A program made the position numbers and the translations under genes. Positions 47,366 to 61,215 of a stretch of 64,000 nt of DNA are shown here, piece after piece. Position 1 is the first letter of the stretch, and every line of letters begins with the position of its first letter. The notes beneath the pieces were generated by a model, which saw nothing but the letters and a program-made list of their open reading frames with translations, ran no database searches and was not told the origin of the DNA. The DNA comes from Takakia lepidozioides (Eukaryota; Plantae; Bryophyta), in assembly GCA_030704615.1 (NCBI GenBank), contig CM060731.1, positions 64,914,001 through 64,978,000 on the forward strand. Reading direction: 5' to 3'.

Positions 47366-50300
47366 TCATTTGACAGCTACAAGCTCAACATCAAACTGGA
47401 GCCAAGCATTTCCAGGGATGGTATTCTTAACACCCTGAGCTCCATACCTGCAAACCCATACACATTTCCGCCCCACACATCATCTTCAGACTTCCACACA
47501 GTTAGCCTAAGCTGTGTTTTCACCCTTAATCTGCATCTCAGAGGGATTATGTGGCAAAACATGCTTCCAATTTCAGTTCTCCAGGGTTTTAGAAAGGTGT
47601 TGCACCTGCATCCCTCAAAAGATGTACACCATTGGGTTGGGAAAGGACAAATACTACAAGACACTGATTTGGCTGATATGTCCTAAGAGCAGTACAGCTC
47701 GAAAAGCCCAGCCATACACCTGACAAAGGGCTCCTTAAAAAATGTGTTTCCTGGTGTGGGTGAGACCCAAAAATTCAGACTAGAAATAAGAGACACCTCC
47801 AAGAAAGGCATACAACCTCCTAAAACCAGTAAATCGGGTCGAGAAGGTGAGCGCTGCTGACACAAAATGGGAGGGACAGAACAAGAAGTTGCTATTCCAC
47901 ACTGAAGTTCTAGCATGTGGAAAATCCAAACAAACAACAGCAGGATGGGTTGTGCAGGGAACAGAAGCATACGCCATTGCTGGTGGGATTGTGAGCCTTC
48001 TTTTATCACCAACTCTCATTCCTGCATACCCACACTTTCGTACATAAAAATGCTGCTTATCTCCCAAAAGTAACTTGGGAGCTGTTGGTTCAAGGGGTCT
48101 CAACTATAACATTGCACAGCAAAGACACTTCACAAAACAGTCTAGTTTGTTCAGTCAATATAAGTGTCAGCCAAAGACTAAATTAGAAGAATAATTGGGA
48201 AATGACTACATGGGCCTACCATTCAAACCGACATCCCAGCCCTTGATCACTTCTCCTACACCTGGCCCATCATCATGTACAGTTCCAAAATCAGTCAAGA
48301 GGTGCTCGCTCCATTTTGTTGGATGTGTAGCTTGAAATTACTGGATGTCACCCATGACAGCCGGGATTTTGGTTTAGGCTCAGCAGCTACCCTGTTTAGA
48401 ACTTCACATTTTAACCACAAACTGTTTCATGCACCAAATGCATGAGGATAAAGTCAAGTACAGTAGGAGAACAAGGTGGTGGCATGTCCTCAACCACGTG
48501 ACATAGGCCTCTAGGTGCGCAGTAAAAGGCAAAATAAAAGAAGATCAGTGGGTGGGAGCCCTTGCAGACTCTACCTAGCCGGAAGCCGAAAGGCTTCTTG
48601 CCAATGTTGGAGTCAAAGATCTTTCCATTTGACTTGAGCCTTCCTGTATAGTACATTGACACCTGCAAATCGTCCCCACAACAGCCTCAGTCCACTCTGC
48701 ACGGGACCCTCCAAAAGGGACTAGTCCGGATTAGGAGCATGTAAATTTTGCAGCAGCAGCTTGCCTTAAGGTTAGTTAGCACATTTTTCTCAACAACAAA
48801 CCATGACAAGTGCTTACTAACAGACATCATGCTCTAGATAGTGTCGCCCTTCAGTGCATACACCTCAATACTAAAGCACATAACTACAGGACATACAGTA
48901 AAACACTGCCATTAAACCATAAGAACATGTATTGCCCTCTGCTCTTTAACTGAAGGTATCTAGGAAGACTGAACTGCCTCCAGAAACACCAGAGACAGAG
49001 ACACCTCACTACCAAAATGCTCTGGCCCGAGTGACAAGGATTTGCATATTACCCGCTTCCCTGGCTTGGCCTGCTTTCCGTCGGGTTCCCCCATTGCTGT
49101 CTCTTCAATCTCTAGACCATTGGGATGCTTTTTAATAACTGGGCTGTCTTTCTTTTTGGGGGTCTTCACCTCCTTCACACTGGCTAACTTTCCCTCAACA
49201 TCTTTCAGTGTGGGTTTATTTGCATCCCCATTGACCTTGGGCTCGGGGGTCATGATATCCTGCTCCACCTTAGGGGTCTGGGTTTTCACTTTCTCTTTTT
49301 TCTTCTTGCCTTCGCTGGGTGTTTTGACATCATCCTTTTGCTGTGGTGGTGCTGGAGAGTCCAGCCCAGCCCTGAAGCTAGAGAACAAGACGCAAAATCA
49401 ACAACCAGGGAAAGCAGTTCAGGGGGATACAGTGAGACTTGCAATGCATTGGTCATGTGAGGCCAAGTATTGGTCAAACTCTGAACCACTAGACAGAGGA
49501 CAAGCATCAGGTGGGATAAAACCTTACCTATCAACAGCTTGCTTTTTCTTAGGGGGATGCGCCTCAGGTTGAGTATTCCCCTTCTTAACAGCAGAAACAA
49601 AGCCATCCTCATCTTCGCTATCATCCAGGGTTTCAGCATCCTTCTCTACTTTGGATTTTGCAGCTTTAACCTTGACTGCAGACCCATTGGCTTTGAGCAC
49701 ATTGGATTCCCCTTTTTTTCTTTTCTTGGCAGATGGGCTGTCAAGTACGGCCTTGATATCACCTTTCTTCCCACTCCCTGCAGGAGATGGCTGATCCTCA
49801 CCTTCCTCAACTTCCTCAATCGTCACTGCCATCATGAAGAGATACAAGGCTCAAACGGGAGAAGTATTGATCCAACATATTAACACTACTCAAAAGTTCA
49901 GATGAACTGCCAACTTTTCTTCCGTAATGACAATGTGTTGTTGAACAACTTTGGATTAAGGTCCAAGAGCAGAATGGCAAATTAGTTAACCTACAGGACT
50001 CACCCAGGTTTACAATATGATATTCAAGATTACCAAGTATAGCTAGTCAAAGAGGTTATAAACAATTTCTTTTACCGAGACCTCTAATATTCTCTAGGAT
50101 TCTTCAAAGACTTTATCAGATATGGAAAGAGTTGTGACCTAGGCAATTAAGCAACTTACCACCTGAGATTGGGCATATTTCCTCCTCTTCACTGTAAAAA
50201 TCATCATCACCATCATCATCCTCACTGAATTCGAACCCCTCCTCTCTTGACTGGAAGTCAAGAAAAATCTAGAAAATCTCCTTCACAGTCTAAACTTGTC

Positions 50301-52777
50301 CCCAATTACACATTTCAAGGGGTACTGTCTTCCACTGGTTGTCATATTCGATTGCAGATGGTAGTCCATCAGACTCTGTTTCCAACTAGCATTCAACCTC
50401 CCTGTGGTCAACTGATCATTCATACAAATATTTCTGTTGAGCACCCAAGCAGCACCAAAACAAAACAATTAATGTATTTGTCTGCACCCGCGAGGTCATA
50501 TAACCAAAACAATCTGTGTTATATCATTTGTACATGAGATGGATACGAGTCATAGTCTTCATCATCTTCAGAATTGTAATTGTCCTCAAGTGGCATGTAG
50601 TAGCCAGTGAGATGCACACTGGCTGACCCTGAGACCGAGAACACCACTTCCTGGTCAAACAGCAGATCTAATGCACAAGACTCTGAAACACCAGGAATCA
50701 GAGAGCAGAGGAGAACTTCCGGATTGTCCCCTACTTGACACTTCACAACAGTCCTCTGCTTTCCTTTGGCCTCAAGCCCCAAGGTTGCCTGCCCACAACA
50801 AACACACATTTAATCACCAATGAGAGAAGGTCTGACCACAACATGCTTGTCTCCCACATTCCCCTTCTTGTACTGTGCGCTTACAAAAGACATACACAAC
50901 AATTTGAATAATTCATAGTCCAACCCGCCTCTGCCAAAAGACAACTACAGATTAATTTGCACAACAAGCACCCAAGTGTGCCCAGCAGAGACACTAATCC
51001 TCAGAGAGCTCCGTGCTGAAGATAGATCACAAGCAAAAGCCCCCATTGTAAATCAAAACTCATAGATGAAAGATGAAAAATACCACATACCTGAGAAAGG
51101 TGGAGTTTAGTCTCACCATAAAGGTCAACATGTTTATGGGGCTTTTCAGGCTGAACCTCCACTCCTGTGGAGTAGCCCCAAACATCCATAATTAGTAATA
51201 TGTCCCCAAGGTTAGAGGGTATAAACTGGCACCTGACACGATGTGTTCACCACCAAATATGGATATTCATTGCATAAGCAGCAGAAGGCCGTTGTTAGAC
51301 ACCAGCAGCCAACAATTACAGACTTCTAAACAACAAGCAACGATGACCTGTATAGACTCAGTTGGATCCTATAATTAAGTGTGACATCTAAAGGTTTAAC
51401 CCCCATCACAGTTCTATATATTTGTTGCCTTGATCCTAGACCACATGCGAGGCCTTTAAGTCTGCAAGGCCCATGTGCAAGGCAAATGACACTGGCATTT
51501 CCATCATGATCCTTCTACGAATTAAAAAAAGAAGGCTCAGTAGGATCCATTGGTTTGAGGTGATCCTTGAAGATTAAACTCCATCACAAAATATATTGCC
51601 AATGTCATCATTGCCTTCGTACTACAAGAGTTGCGCAGAACCCATTTTACAAACTCCCAAGAGATTAAGTGATTCAATGCTAAGCCGATCCTAGACCACA
51701 TGTGAGGCATTTAAGCTCGCAAGACCCATGTACCCGGCAAGCGTGACTAGCATTCACATCATCATCCTTCTGCGATTTGAAGAAAAGAAGGCTCAGTAGG
51801 ATCCATTGGTTTGAGTTGATCCTTGAAGATTAAACTCCGTCACAAAATAGTTAGTCAATTTCATCATTGCCTTCGTACTACAAGAGTAGCACAGAACCCA
51901 TTTCACAAACTCCCAAGAGATTGAAGTGATTCAATGCCAAGTCAGCAAGACTAGCAGCCCTGACAGTGTGGCACTTTAAAGAAAATAATGTTATCATCGT
52001 AATCAACGAGTCTGCAGAGAACAAAACTTGGCTAATGTGGGGCAAATCCCAGCATTCCCATTGCAAATAGTAAAACATTAGATTTATTCTTACATACGAT
52101 TATCACAAAACCCAGCATGTAATAATCTGGAGAGCTTCTATGGGGTGACTTCCCAAGGGAATAGGCCCAACAATCAAATAGAAAACTGTAACACCTGAGC
52201 CAGTTGAATCCCACAGGTGGCACAGGGTTTCCAACAGCTAGAAACAAGTTACATGCAAATGACAAATCCCGGTGTACTATCAATCTTCGTATTCATTCAG
52301 GACAATTCCAACCCCCAGCCCAAAATACTTTGAGGGGCACAAGTCCCTTAGAGTCAGGAACTAGGCATCAATAATGGTCATCGCATACACTTGTTCTTTG
52401 GGACTGCCAACCACTAACTATCGACGAACACCGAGGAAAGGAGCGGTAGCCATGACGCCGCACATAGTAATCCATGTTCGACAGGGAGACTCTAAAAAAA
52501 AATTAGAGAAACAACTTGCTCCAGCTCTAGCTATTCACGGTGAGAAGACAATACTCACGACGAGAAAAAAGAACCTCCTAGCCGTTCCTTGCACAACATT
52601 ATCAACCACACCTACAAAGAGGCTCAGTCCTTCGTGAGATAGCCAAGTGCGGAACATCTGACAGCAGGCAGCAGGTTAAGACAAAGAATCACCTAGCACA
52701 CCAGTTATTAGTCAGGAAGCACGAACAGCACAATTTGAAGAAAAGAGAGATCGGACGAATGTACCCCAGAAAGTCAT
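47366..52777 (-). CDS. FKBP53: FKBP53/FKBP43-like histone chaperone (nucleoplasmin-like domain, acidic/basic linker, FKBP PPIase)
   Basis: Micro-exon 52765-52777 (MTFW-G), 51091-51164 (VEVQPEK..LHLSQ), 50547-50788 (ATLG..VHLTGY), then YTGRLKSNGKIFDSN, GEVIKGWDVG, MRVGDKRRLTIPP, and YG..IPGNAWLQFDVELVAVK* ending at 47366. Confidence 0.9.
51531..51618 (-). ncRNA. Intronic box C/D snoRNA (snoR41Y/snR41/SNORD62-like), copy 1
   Basis: Terminal stem GAAGGC/GCCTTC, C box ATGATGA, D box CTGA, guide CCAATGGATCCT complementary to 18S rRNA AGGAUCCAUUGG. Confidence 0.88.
51787..51874 (-). ncRNA. Intronic box C/D snoRNA, copy 2
   Basis: Same boxes, stem and guide; part of a 256-bp tandem duplication. 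Confidence 0.88.
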
Positions 52778-53573
52778 GGCCGCCGCTGTTGAAGCCAAAT
52801 CCTATCGGCTGCCCGACAGACTGAAACAGGAAGAATTAGGCGGTCGTCTGTTAGTATAAGTCAGAGATACAGTGTAGGGGGCAGAGAGGGTTCGGGCGCG
52901 ATAAACGAAGAGAGAAAAAAACCGCAACTGAGTGAGAGGGCGCATGTACTCCAAGAAAGAGATGAGCAAAGTGAAGCTGCAAGCAACAGTAACCAGCGAA
53001 AAGAGGCAACGGAATGAGAAAGAAGACGAGAAAGAGCAAAGAGTTGTCCGGAGGCCTCGGAGGACTTTAAAAACACGGGGGAAAAGCGACAGGACGGCGG
53101 AGGGTTTATGAATTAGGGTTCAGGGCACAGTAGGTTCTGGAGCTTTCTCCTGCGTATCACGTTTTGCAACCTTGCGGCCATCTTCGTCTTTCTCTTCAGA
53201 CAACATCGCCACGGACTTGATCACAATGCAAGAACACAGTGGAAGATGGAAAGGACTTATACAATACAGAGATCATACACAAATGAAGTGCAAGTCCCAT
53301 GTCTTCCAATTTAATCGCATACGAGACTTGTGAGAAGCTTTACGAAATAGGAGAGAGAGATGAAAAATCTTTCAGCGCAAATCCCTTCAATCGGCAAAGG
53401 GATATGATTGCAAAGACGAAGATTGCGCAAACCAGATTTGAGCTCTTTGCCTCTCTTTGGCTTTTTCTTACTTGTATTTGTGCAGAAGCAGTTTAGGTTT
53501 AGGTTTAGGGTTTTAGTTCTCTTTTCCAATGTTTCTGCACTTATAGAAATATTAATTCCATAACCTCATACTT

Positions 53574-53620
53574 GAGAGAGAGAAGACTCCAAGGCCGGCG
53601 TAACTAAGAGCCACATCGAC
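53574..53620 (-). mobile_element. 5'-truncated retroposon tail, same family as 18827-18913
   Basis: 10-bp TSD CCTCATACTT (53564-53573 / 53621-53630); shared GTGGCTCTTAGTTACGCCGGCC; (CT)n tail. Confidence 0.85.
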
Positions 53621-54984
53621 CCTCATACTTCATATTCACATATTCACATGAGCCTTTTTGGTCTTCGCATGCCGAAAGGGCCAAGTATCCCATATGGCTA
53701 CTTGAAGCCGTATGGCATCATAATGAAACAAAGCAAACTCTGTCACACAAGTAATTTTGATCAGAAAATTCAAGAGCCTCATGCATATAGATATCATAAC
53801 CGATTTTTAGAGCAGACTCGCTGACGTGGCATGTTTCTACTGGATTTGAGGAGGGGTGCTATATGTGGTATTCTACGACCTACTAGATTTTAACTACCTA
53901 CCTACCTGCCACGGGATGAAAACTTCATATCACAGCTCCAAATGGATAGAAAACGTGGTGGTAGGTACGTACAAGGGTAAACTGACTGGCTCGCTGCCCT
54001 AAAAACCGGTTATGTCCGCTCTAGAGGAGCCCCTGCTACCGGAAATAGCAGGTCGCCATGACATCTCGCCGCTAACGCGGCTCGGTAGGTCCTGCCTCCC
54101 TGCTATATCCGGGAGCGGGGGTTCCTCTCGAATGCTACCTAGTCCATAATAACCATGAGGAGGTCGTTCCTCTTGTAACCTGAGAGACCGCTACCGCTGT
54201 ATAGGCGGCCTCATGCCCTCATCTTAGACACTCTCATCTTCGTTGCAAGTCCGTGGCAGCTCCCCCTGTTCATTGCACCTGCACCTAATGAGTTGCTATC
54301 TTGGCTAGACTATAGATATAATGTAGGGACTTATTCATAATTTGCTCCGAAGCTATTAATTTATTATGTCATGGTTTGCTTTTTTTTGGGGGGGGGTCTG
54401 CAGAGCCCAGTACTTACTAACTTAATAAGTAATAGGTTATAAGTAGTAAGAGGCAAGGTCTCTTTTATATACACTCTCAAGGCGGTGGGACCCTTCTAGA
54501 AGGCTACACGGGACACATGTCACCCCTAGAAACCACAACCTCATACCTTTTTACCCCAATTTTGCGCCTGAACCATCCCCAATTTAATAGCTCTTGCCTT
54601 CTTCTTTTTTACCCCCTTACATGACGGTTGTTAATCCAAATCCTTGTGTAGCTTACTATAACCCCCGCTTTTTAATTCTTGGACCACCCTCCAATCTTCA
54701 CACCTGACACAAACCTGGGGCCCTTATTGAGCCAACCAACTCCCTGACCTCACAATGTTGAGCCACCTCTCCAACATCAATTGTATCTAGAAACTTCGCC
54801 AAGTTGGCGCAATCATGTAGACAACAATTGCCACCTGCATTCGCCACTTTCACATGGATGCAACAGTCGTATGGAACCCACATGCAGGCGCCACATATAT
54901 TTAGACATCGTCGAGATGTCCACCCTCTTTTAGTATAATCTTCTTCCACTTTAGCTTGGGCGATGTCCCATGAGCCTTATGCAT

Positions 54985-55075
54985 GGTAGGTTACTTTGAA
55001 AGAGGTTATTTTCTCCTCTCAATAGAATTAAGGGACCTCATTTGTGAGCGGTCGCTCCCGGATGTTTCCAAGCAA
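54985..55075 (+). mobile_element. SINE 3' fragment
   Basis: GGTTACT..GAGGTTATTTTCTCCTCTC..GTCGCTCCC..TGTTTCC matches the 62690 SINE tail. Confidence 0.7.
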
Positions 55076-55187
55076 AATCTCATAGAGCTAGATATATTAA
55101 CAAAGAGAAATCAAACTATTTTATCACCTACGCCCTAAAGAAGGTTAGACAACAAGAAAGAGTATGGGTCGGAAAGTGCCAGGACTC

Positions 55188-55800
55188 TCAGGGGAGGCCG
55201 CGAGATGAAGCCGCCTCGGCAACCTCTGCCCGACGTAATATAGATAGAGCTTGGGCCTTTTGTAAATCAACAGAAACTCGTTGTCTAAAGACAGCTACAA
55301 GAATAGAGACGTTTGGGCTTCCAACCCTTTTGATTTCCACTACGTGGTGGGCACATGTACGAAGGAAGTCGTTGAATTGATCATGCAAACAACTGAAAAT
55401 CTCGACTGCCAAATGGAGGAATGTAATTGTGGGGTGATGTTCCCGGTAATATCAATCATTTCCCTGTGCGGCTACTGAGGCAGCAACTCCCTATGATGAG
55501 GCTGTGTGCGGGAGGAGGTTCGACTTGATAGGGTCAACGATGACAACATCCGCTAATGTGCGCAACCCATCGTCAGAGAGGACGATGTTAACCCGCCGTC
55601 GAGTGGAATGGTGATCGTGGGATGGGAATACATGCGTATGCTCTCGAAGGACATGAACCCCGACATTGCGAGCATCTGTAGCTGTTGTATCTTGGACGAC
55701 GTCATGGGTCGCAGTGCGCTCTCTACCACAAAATCAACGATCAAGATGTACGCCGAGTGAGTCAATAGGATGGCGACAACCACATCGTTGTAGTCCTAGC
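55188..55800 (-). mobile_element. Decayed restriction-like-endonuclease non-LTR retrotransposon (CRE-clade-like) C-terminus
   Basis: HDVVQD, LADVVIVDP, LAVEIFSCLH and RQRVSVDLQKAQA peptides follow the RLE pattern; frameshifted. Confidence 0.7.
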
Positions 55801-58800
55801 ATAAGGAGAATCTACAGAAGACCAAGTCTAACTTGAAGGGAGGTGGTAAATACAGCAAATGAAATATGGAAGGGTACAATAGTTGGTCATACCGTGAACC
55901 ACACGTCTGCTCTGGGCCCAACGCAAGAGAGAAATTTGGCTCAATGTGTATATGAGATAGGGGAGAAGAGAAAAACAGGACCAAGTCAAAATGCAGATTG
56001 GAAAGAACACTAAGAGGAGAACCGAGAGAAAGCAATGACAAGAAAGCAACAAAACCAGAAAATGCAAAACCCCGAGACCGGGCCAAAAGCAAAGCCTAAT
56101 GGGCCTCGAGTCCAACTGTGCTTTGATGGGGATTGACCAACTTTTCTTGTACTAGTTCATCTGCACAATTCATTTTAGATACGATTGTCTTTGAAACATA
56201 CATAATTGATAATATGTAGATTTTACAATGACAAACATATCAGCTATATAGCTTCTTGAAAAATTGTCTACTAGAGGATCCAATGATCATTTAAGCTAAG
56301 TGAGATTAGATGCAACATTCTACCATGGATCCCATAATTCACTAAAATGGGGGATCAATGCATTTTTGTTTTTTTGAAGAACATGAGACAATGGCCCTGG
56401 AAAATTTATTGATAAGACGAAGAGGTTTCATAGTGGAAAAATAGCCACCAAAGAGCCATGAAGGCATGTATGCATGGGGAAACTCCCAGGTCCAAGTGGT
56501 GAAAAGAAAAGAGAGACTAGAAAGCACGAGTCCAAGAATACGATCCCAAGTAAGGAGCTAAAAGCAAGGGGGAAGGCCTAAGAAGAAGGCCTCTAGAGCA
56601 GCAGAGAGCTAAAGCGAAAGAACACTATGCTACACTGCCAAACTCCAGATGAGCCTTGGATTTGGAGAGTTTGAGCTTGCAGTGTCGCCAGTTGATCTCC
56701 AGGTCTTCACCTTCCACTGGGGATTTGAAACAAAATGAGTGGGACACTTACCATGAAAAATGATACAAATGCATGAGAGTATGTTCCACGGGCAGGTATC
56801 GCAAATCGTCGCCCTACATCAACATTGTTGCAAATAAAGCCCCCACAAAGCCTGTCTGTAGTTAATTGTGCTTCAGACCCCCTCCAAGTGGGTTGGAGTT
56901 GTTGAGAGCTAAATATCCTGGACGACGCATAAAACTTAAAGTGCCAGAGACACCATAATCAATTTGATTGCTAATAGAAAGTTGAATAAAAGTCACCCTT
57001 CAGACACAGAAAAAAAGGGAGAGAAGAAGGGAGAGAGTAAGGGACAAAGACTATTAAACTTGTCTCTTCTCATACACACAAATTAAATGATGAACCCTTC
57101 AGTGCAATCCTAGTGGACCGACCTGGTGGCATCAAATTCTCCCAAATGGCAGTACTTAGAAGCACGGATCCCTCCAACTGGCCCCTGTTGTAAATGAGAG
57201 ATTTGCTTTAGCATTTGTAAGTATTAAACAATCGTTATACCCTTTGGGTGGTATATGCCTAATGCCAAGGTCAAAAATCTCAAAACCGATACCATTTGTA
57301 GTCAGTTTGACAAAATGGAGCATGGAAGAGAATGGAGAAGAGAAGGGCGGCCGTGACAACATGCGATGTTCATGGTGCAACCTCCTCCTTGCGAGGATGA
57401 ATCGCACCATCTCAATTCCTCCACGCCCATATCCCAGGGGCAAGACAACGAAGGCCAGTCTTTTGCGAACAAGAGAGCAGGGAAGAAGAAACAGCGACCG
57501 GCTTTCACCGGTCTCCAGCCATTTACCGGTGGCTGTTACTGACTAAAAACATATTTCACAATTTAAAAAAAACAAAAACAGGTATATCTATTATGTTTGG
57601 GAGTTTTCCGGTGAAGGTATATAGGATCTTCTCACATTTTGGCTCTGATCATTGCCTGGTCTCCTCTTGAGGGAGGAGCCAATAAAATAAAAATAGAAAA
57701 AGACGTAGTGGGATGGGATTACATCAACGTCATGGTGGGGGTGTAATGTATGTGACCCCATGGGTTGACGTCATCGTACGTGAGGTTTGCCATGTAATAT
57801 ACTCTCATGGATTTTGGGTCGCGACACTTTTTGATTAATGGTGGTCTTGCAAGTTGACACATGATGAGTTTGCGAAGACTTATTGTTTTCTGTCAGTAAG
57901 TTATTGTTGTAGGTATAGGTGAAGTTATGTACATAAAATTCATTCATTTTTTTTATTGGCTCCTCCCTCAAGCCTGTTTCCAGTTTGTGACATGGGGGAT
58001 GACATCATGGATGTGCTCAAGGGTCTATCCCACTCTTGGCACCAGACCGAAATTTAAACTCGGGGCAGGAAGACTACCTTTGAACAATAAACAGAAGCAA
58101 AGAGGAAATGGAGCTGAGTGCAATTGCCCTGACGTACCTCTGCTACTGCTGGTGCTTCAAGCGAGCTGCTGCGGCGAGTTGCTACGGTGCTGTCGCGGTT
58201 GCCAACGGCGTGGGTCCCCGCCGCTGCAGGGCGTCTCTCCCCCGCTCACCATGGCTCTCTTCAGCTCGTTTAGATCGCGCCTTTGCGCGGTGTTCCTACC
58301 ACACAGGGGATAGAGAGATTAGCCCGTGCTTAAGGCAAGAAAGCAAGAGAGAAAGTGAGGGAGGAGGCGGTGCTTACTTTGGGTGTTGGAGCGGAATTGG
58401 GGCAAACTCCTTGGGGCCTTGCGACCACCTCGGGCTCAGCAGCAGGTGCGTTTCTCCTCCACCCTAAACCCCACTCTCTGAACTACCTCTCTCCCAAAGA
58501 ACAAACAAAAACGGGAGGGGAAAGAGGTGCTTCAAGCACTTAGGGGAAAAAAAAAAGGCGCGACGCCTACGTGCGACGCCCGGCCGTCGCACGCCTGCGC
58601 CCCGCTTTTAAAAAAAAATGTAAAAATGGTATTTGCGAAGTGGCACAGCTAGAAGCTTTGGGATGTATGCATGATTTGTGCAGAGCATGGATAGCTTAAG
58701 AGCAGGGGTAGAGTTTGGGTCCAGATTCATCCAAGAGGGCCGCATTTCAAGCTCAAGCTTGCCTATGATTCCTTGTGGATCCATAGCTGCCAGAAACCTG

Positions 58801-59166
58801 TATGGGTAGATGGTCAACTAGAAGCCGGAGCAGCAGCGGCACAATTGATAAAATCAGGCACTGCTTATGAAGGTACCTTCTTCAACACATTCCACCTTGT
58901 TTTTTCCTCTTATCAGAATCGGCCCTAAAATTCCATGTTGAGTTCTGCAAGTTAGCTGGTTGAGTGAATGTTTGATAGTTTAGAATGACTTTGATATGAT
59001 ATTGTGAACGTGACAACATGAAAGTATCCAAAACACGTAACAGAGATGAGGAATAGCTGTGGAATGAATACTTTTCTGATCCCAGTCAATGGTGGGACAA
59101 CCAAGGCAAAAAGGTGAATGCCTGTTAGATTACAGAGAGTAGCAGACGCAATTCAACATATGAACT

Positions 59167-59395
59167 AGTCATTTGTGTGTGTTTGCAATGCTTGTGCAAG
59201 CTTGGCAGCCCTGGAAAAGGGCAAAGAGGTCCATAGTGACATTGTCAAAGCTAGAATTGTACGCAATGTCATTCTGAACTCTGCCCTGGTGGACATGTAT
59301 GCCAAATGTGGGTGCATTGAGGATGCAAATTGAGTGTTTGACAATATGGCTGAACGAGATGCGGTGTTGTGGAGCGCAATGATTGCAGGATATGA
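59167..59395 (+). pseudogene. PLS-PPR fragment
   Basis: NACASLAALEKGKEVH..LVDMYAKCG..*VFDNMAERDAVLWSAMIAGY with an in-frame stop. Confidence 0.85.
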
Positions 59396-60263
59396 CTGGA
59401 AGGTAGGGCTAAATTTGGTTTGCAAAGCACTGGCTGCATTCAAACCAATAATTGAGATTTCCCAACTCTTGTGTACTGTAGTGCTGACAACAGTCTTTTA
59501 CTGTATGTCTTCCAACATGAGTCCAATGCCAAATAACTGTTGTTTGTTTTGGCTGCAGCTCATTTGTTACCAATGTTTGGGTAGAACAATGCTTCCCGCT
59601 ATAGGGAAGATTTTCACGAGATTCAGGTCTGGAAATTTGGGTTGTCTCTCTCCGTCTTTCACATACACATTCGTAGGCTCTCTGGGCACAAAAGATATGT
59701 TTTTTTTCTCTCCTTTGTGCTATCCACCTTGGTGTGACCCACAATGTCACAGTGATATGTGCCACACTTGATGTAGATCATAGTTCTAGTATCAAATTTG
59801 TGTTGTCTGGTATGGTCTCAACCCTTATTTATCAATACTCTATTTCATGTAGCTCTGGTAGCTGTTGGCTGTATGTGAGTGCTATGTAAGCACCAGGTAC
59901 CATGAGGGGAGTATGTCAACAAGATACACAGTGATCGAGGAGTCTCTGTCCTGTACTAACATCTTTGGTCCCTTTGGGCTTCCTACCTATTTATCAAGTT
60001 TCTCATTAATCTCTTACTGATGGTTGGCACCCTCACTTTTTTGCCTTGTTTTCATCCCCTAAGTGCTTTGATCTTCTAGTGACAATATAGAATCGTTGTT
60101 CCTATTCTTCCTTTCTCTCAGTTTCATTTCATTTCATTTAGTTTAATGAAGTTGTTTTTCTTTTTTTTCTTTTTATTATTCCTGGTAAGCCACCTGTGGT
60201 GATGAAGATTTTGGTGATGTGAGTGCCCATTCTTCCCTGTCCGTTGCCATGCATGTGAAGTGC

Positions 60264-60400
60264 AATATTTCAGTACATCAAAATTTCAATATTTCAGTGT
60301 TTCAGCAAGTTTTTCAGCAAGTATTTCAGCATTTCAGCGAGTATTTCAGCGAGTATTTCAGTATCTCAGCTAGTTCTTCCACAAGTATTTCAATATTTTA
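60264..60400. repeat. Degenerate TATTTCAG minisatellite
   Basis: Repeated (A/G)TATTTCAG(C) units of about 8-12 bp. Confidence 0.7.
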
Positions 60401-60835
60401 GTTAGTGTTTCTATGTCCCCTTTCCTTTTTAAAAACAAATCAACAAGCATTTTAATATTTTAATGATTAGGAAATCCGAAGATCAGTTTTGTAATATCAT
60501 ACATCAATATTTAATCATACATCAATAAGTTCTACCATGGCCTCTATCCCAGCTTTATGAAGAAATAAATAAATAAATTTTTCTCTTATGCAAAACATGT
60601 TTAAAATGTAGTTTAAATATGTGATTATTTTATTTTAATATAACAGTTTAAGGAAATTTTGCACTTAAGAGTTTTAGGGTGGAGCCATTACGTGACTAGC
60701 CACTTGTTTTTTAATTTCAGAACAGGGGACGGTGCTATGGAAATTTATTTAAAAAAACAGGGAAAAAATAACCTCGAGAAAACAACCATAAGGATGAAAA
60801 ATGGGACACTGCCCCAGGCCTAGATCCTATACTAC

Positions 60836-61215
60836 CATGCAGAATCCGAGATGGATCTGCGAAAAGGAGGAAGATGCACTAAGACTAACGGGAAGAGATA
60901 TCAAAAGAAAGGTGCGCTTTAGATTTGCCCTTCTTCAGGCGTTTGTGACGCCAATTCACATCTGAGTCCTCCTGCTGTAGGGATTGCTACGCACTAGTAG
61001 AGCTCCCAACATGGCGAGAGTTTGTCGTTCCAGATGATCTTTGATTATGATGTTCTTGAGCAGAGGAGTCCGCCTTTCCCCCAGGTGTTATCAAAGCAAG
61101 AGAGTAGCTGCAGCCTCCTTAGCTGCACCCAAAACCCTCCAAGCCTTCCGAACCTCAGACATAAGGTTTGAATGAACTCTATGCAACAACAATTTCACGC
61201 AAGGCCGAGTCCCCC
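60836..61215 (-). mobile_element. LINE 3' fragment homologous to about 37815-38210
   Basis: Shared GATTTGCCCTTC, CGCCAATTCACATCT, GTTCTTGAGCAGA, TTATCAAAGC and CAACAATTTCACG blocks in the same order. Confidence 0.8.

Noticed and set aside
56300-57550. Possible LINE remnant
   Set aside because: Only vague similarity; no diagnostic motif I can support.
57927-58610. GC-rich ORFs and a promoter-like patch
   Set aside because: No recognisable protein or consistent exon chain.
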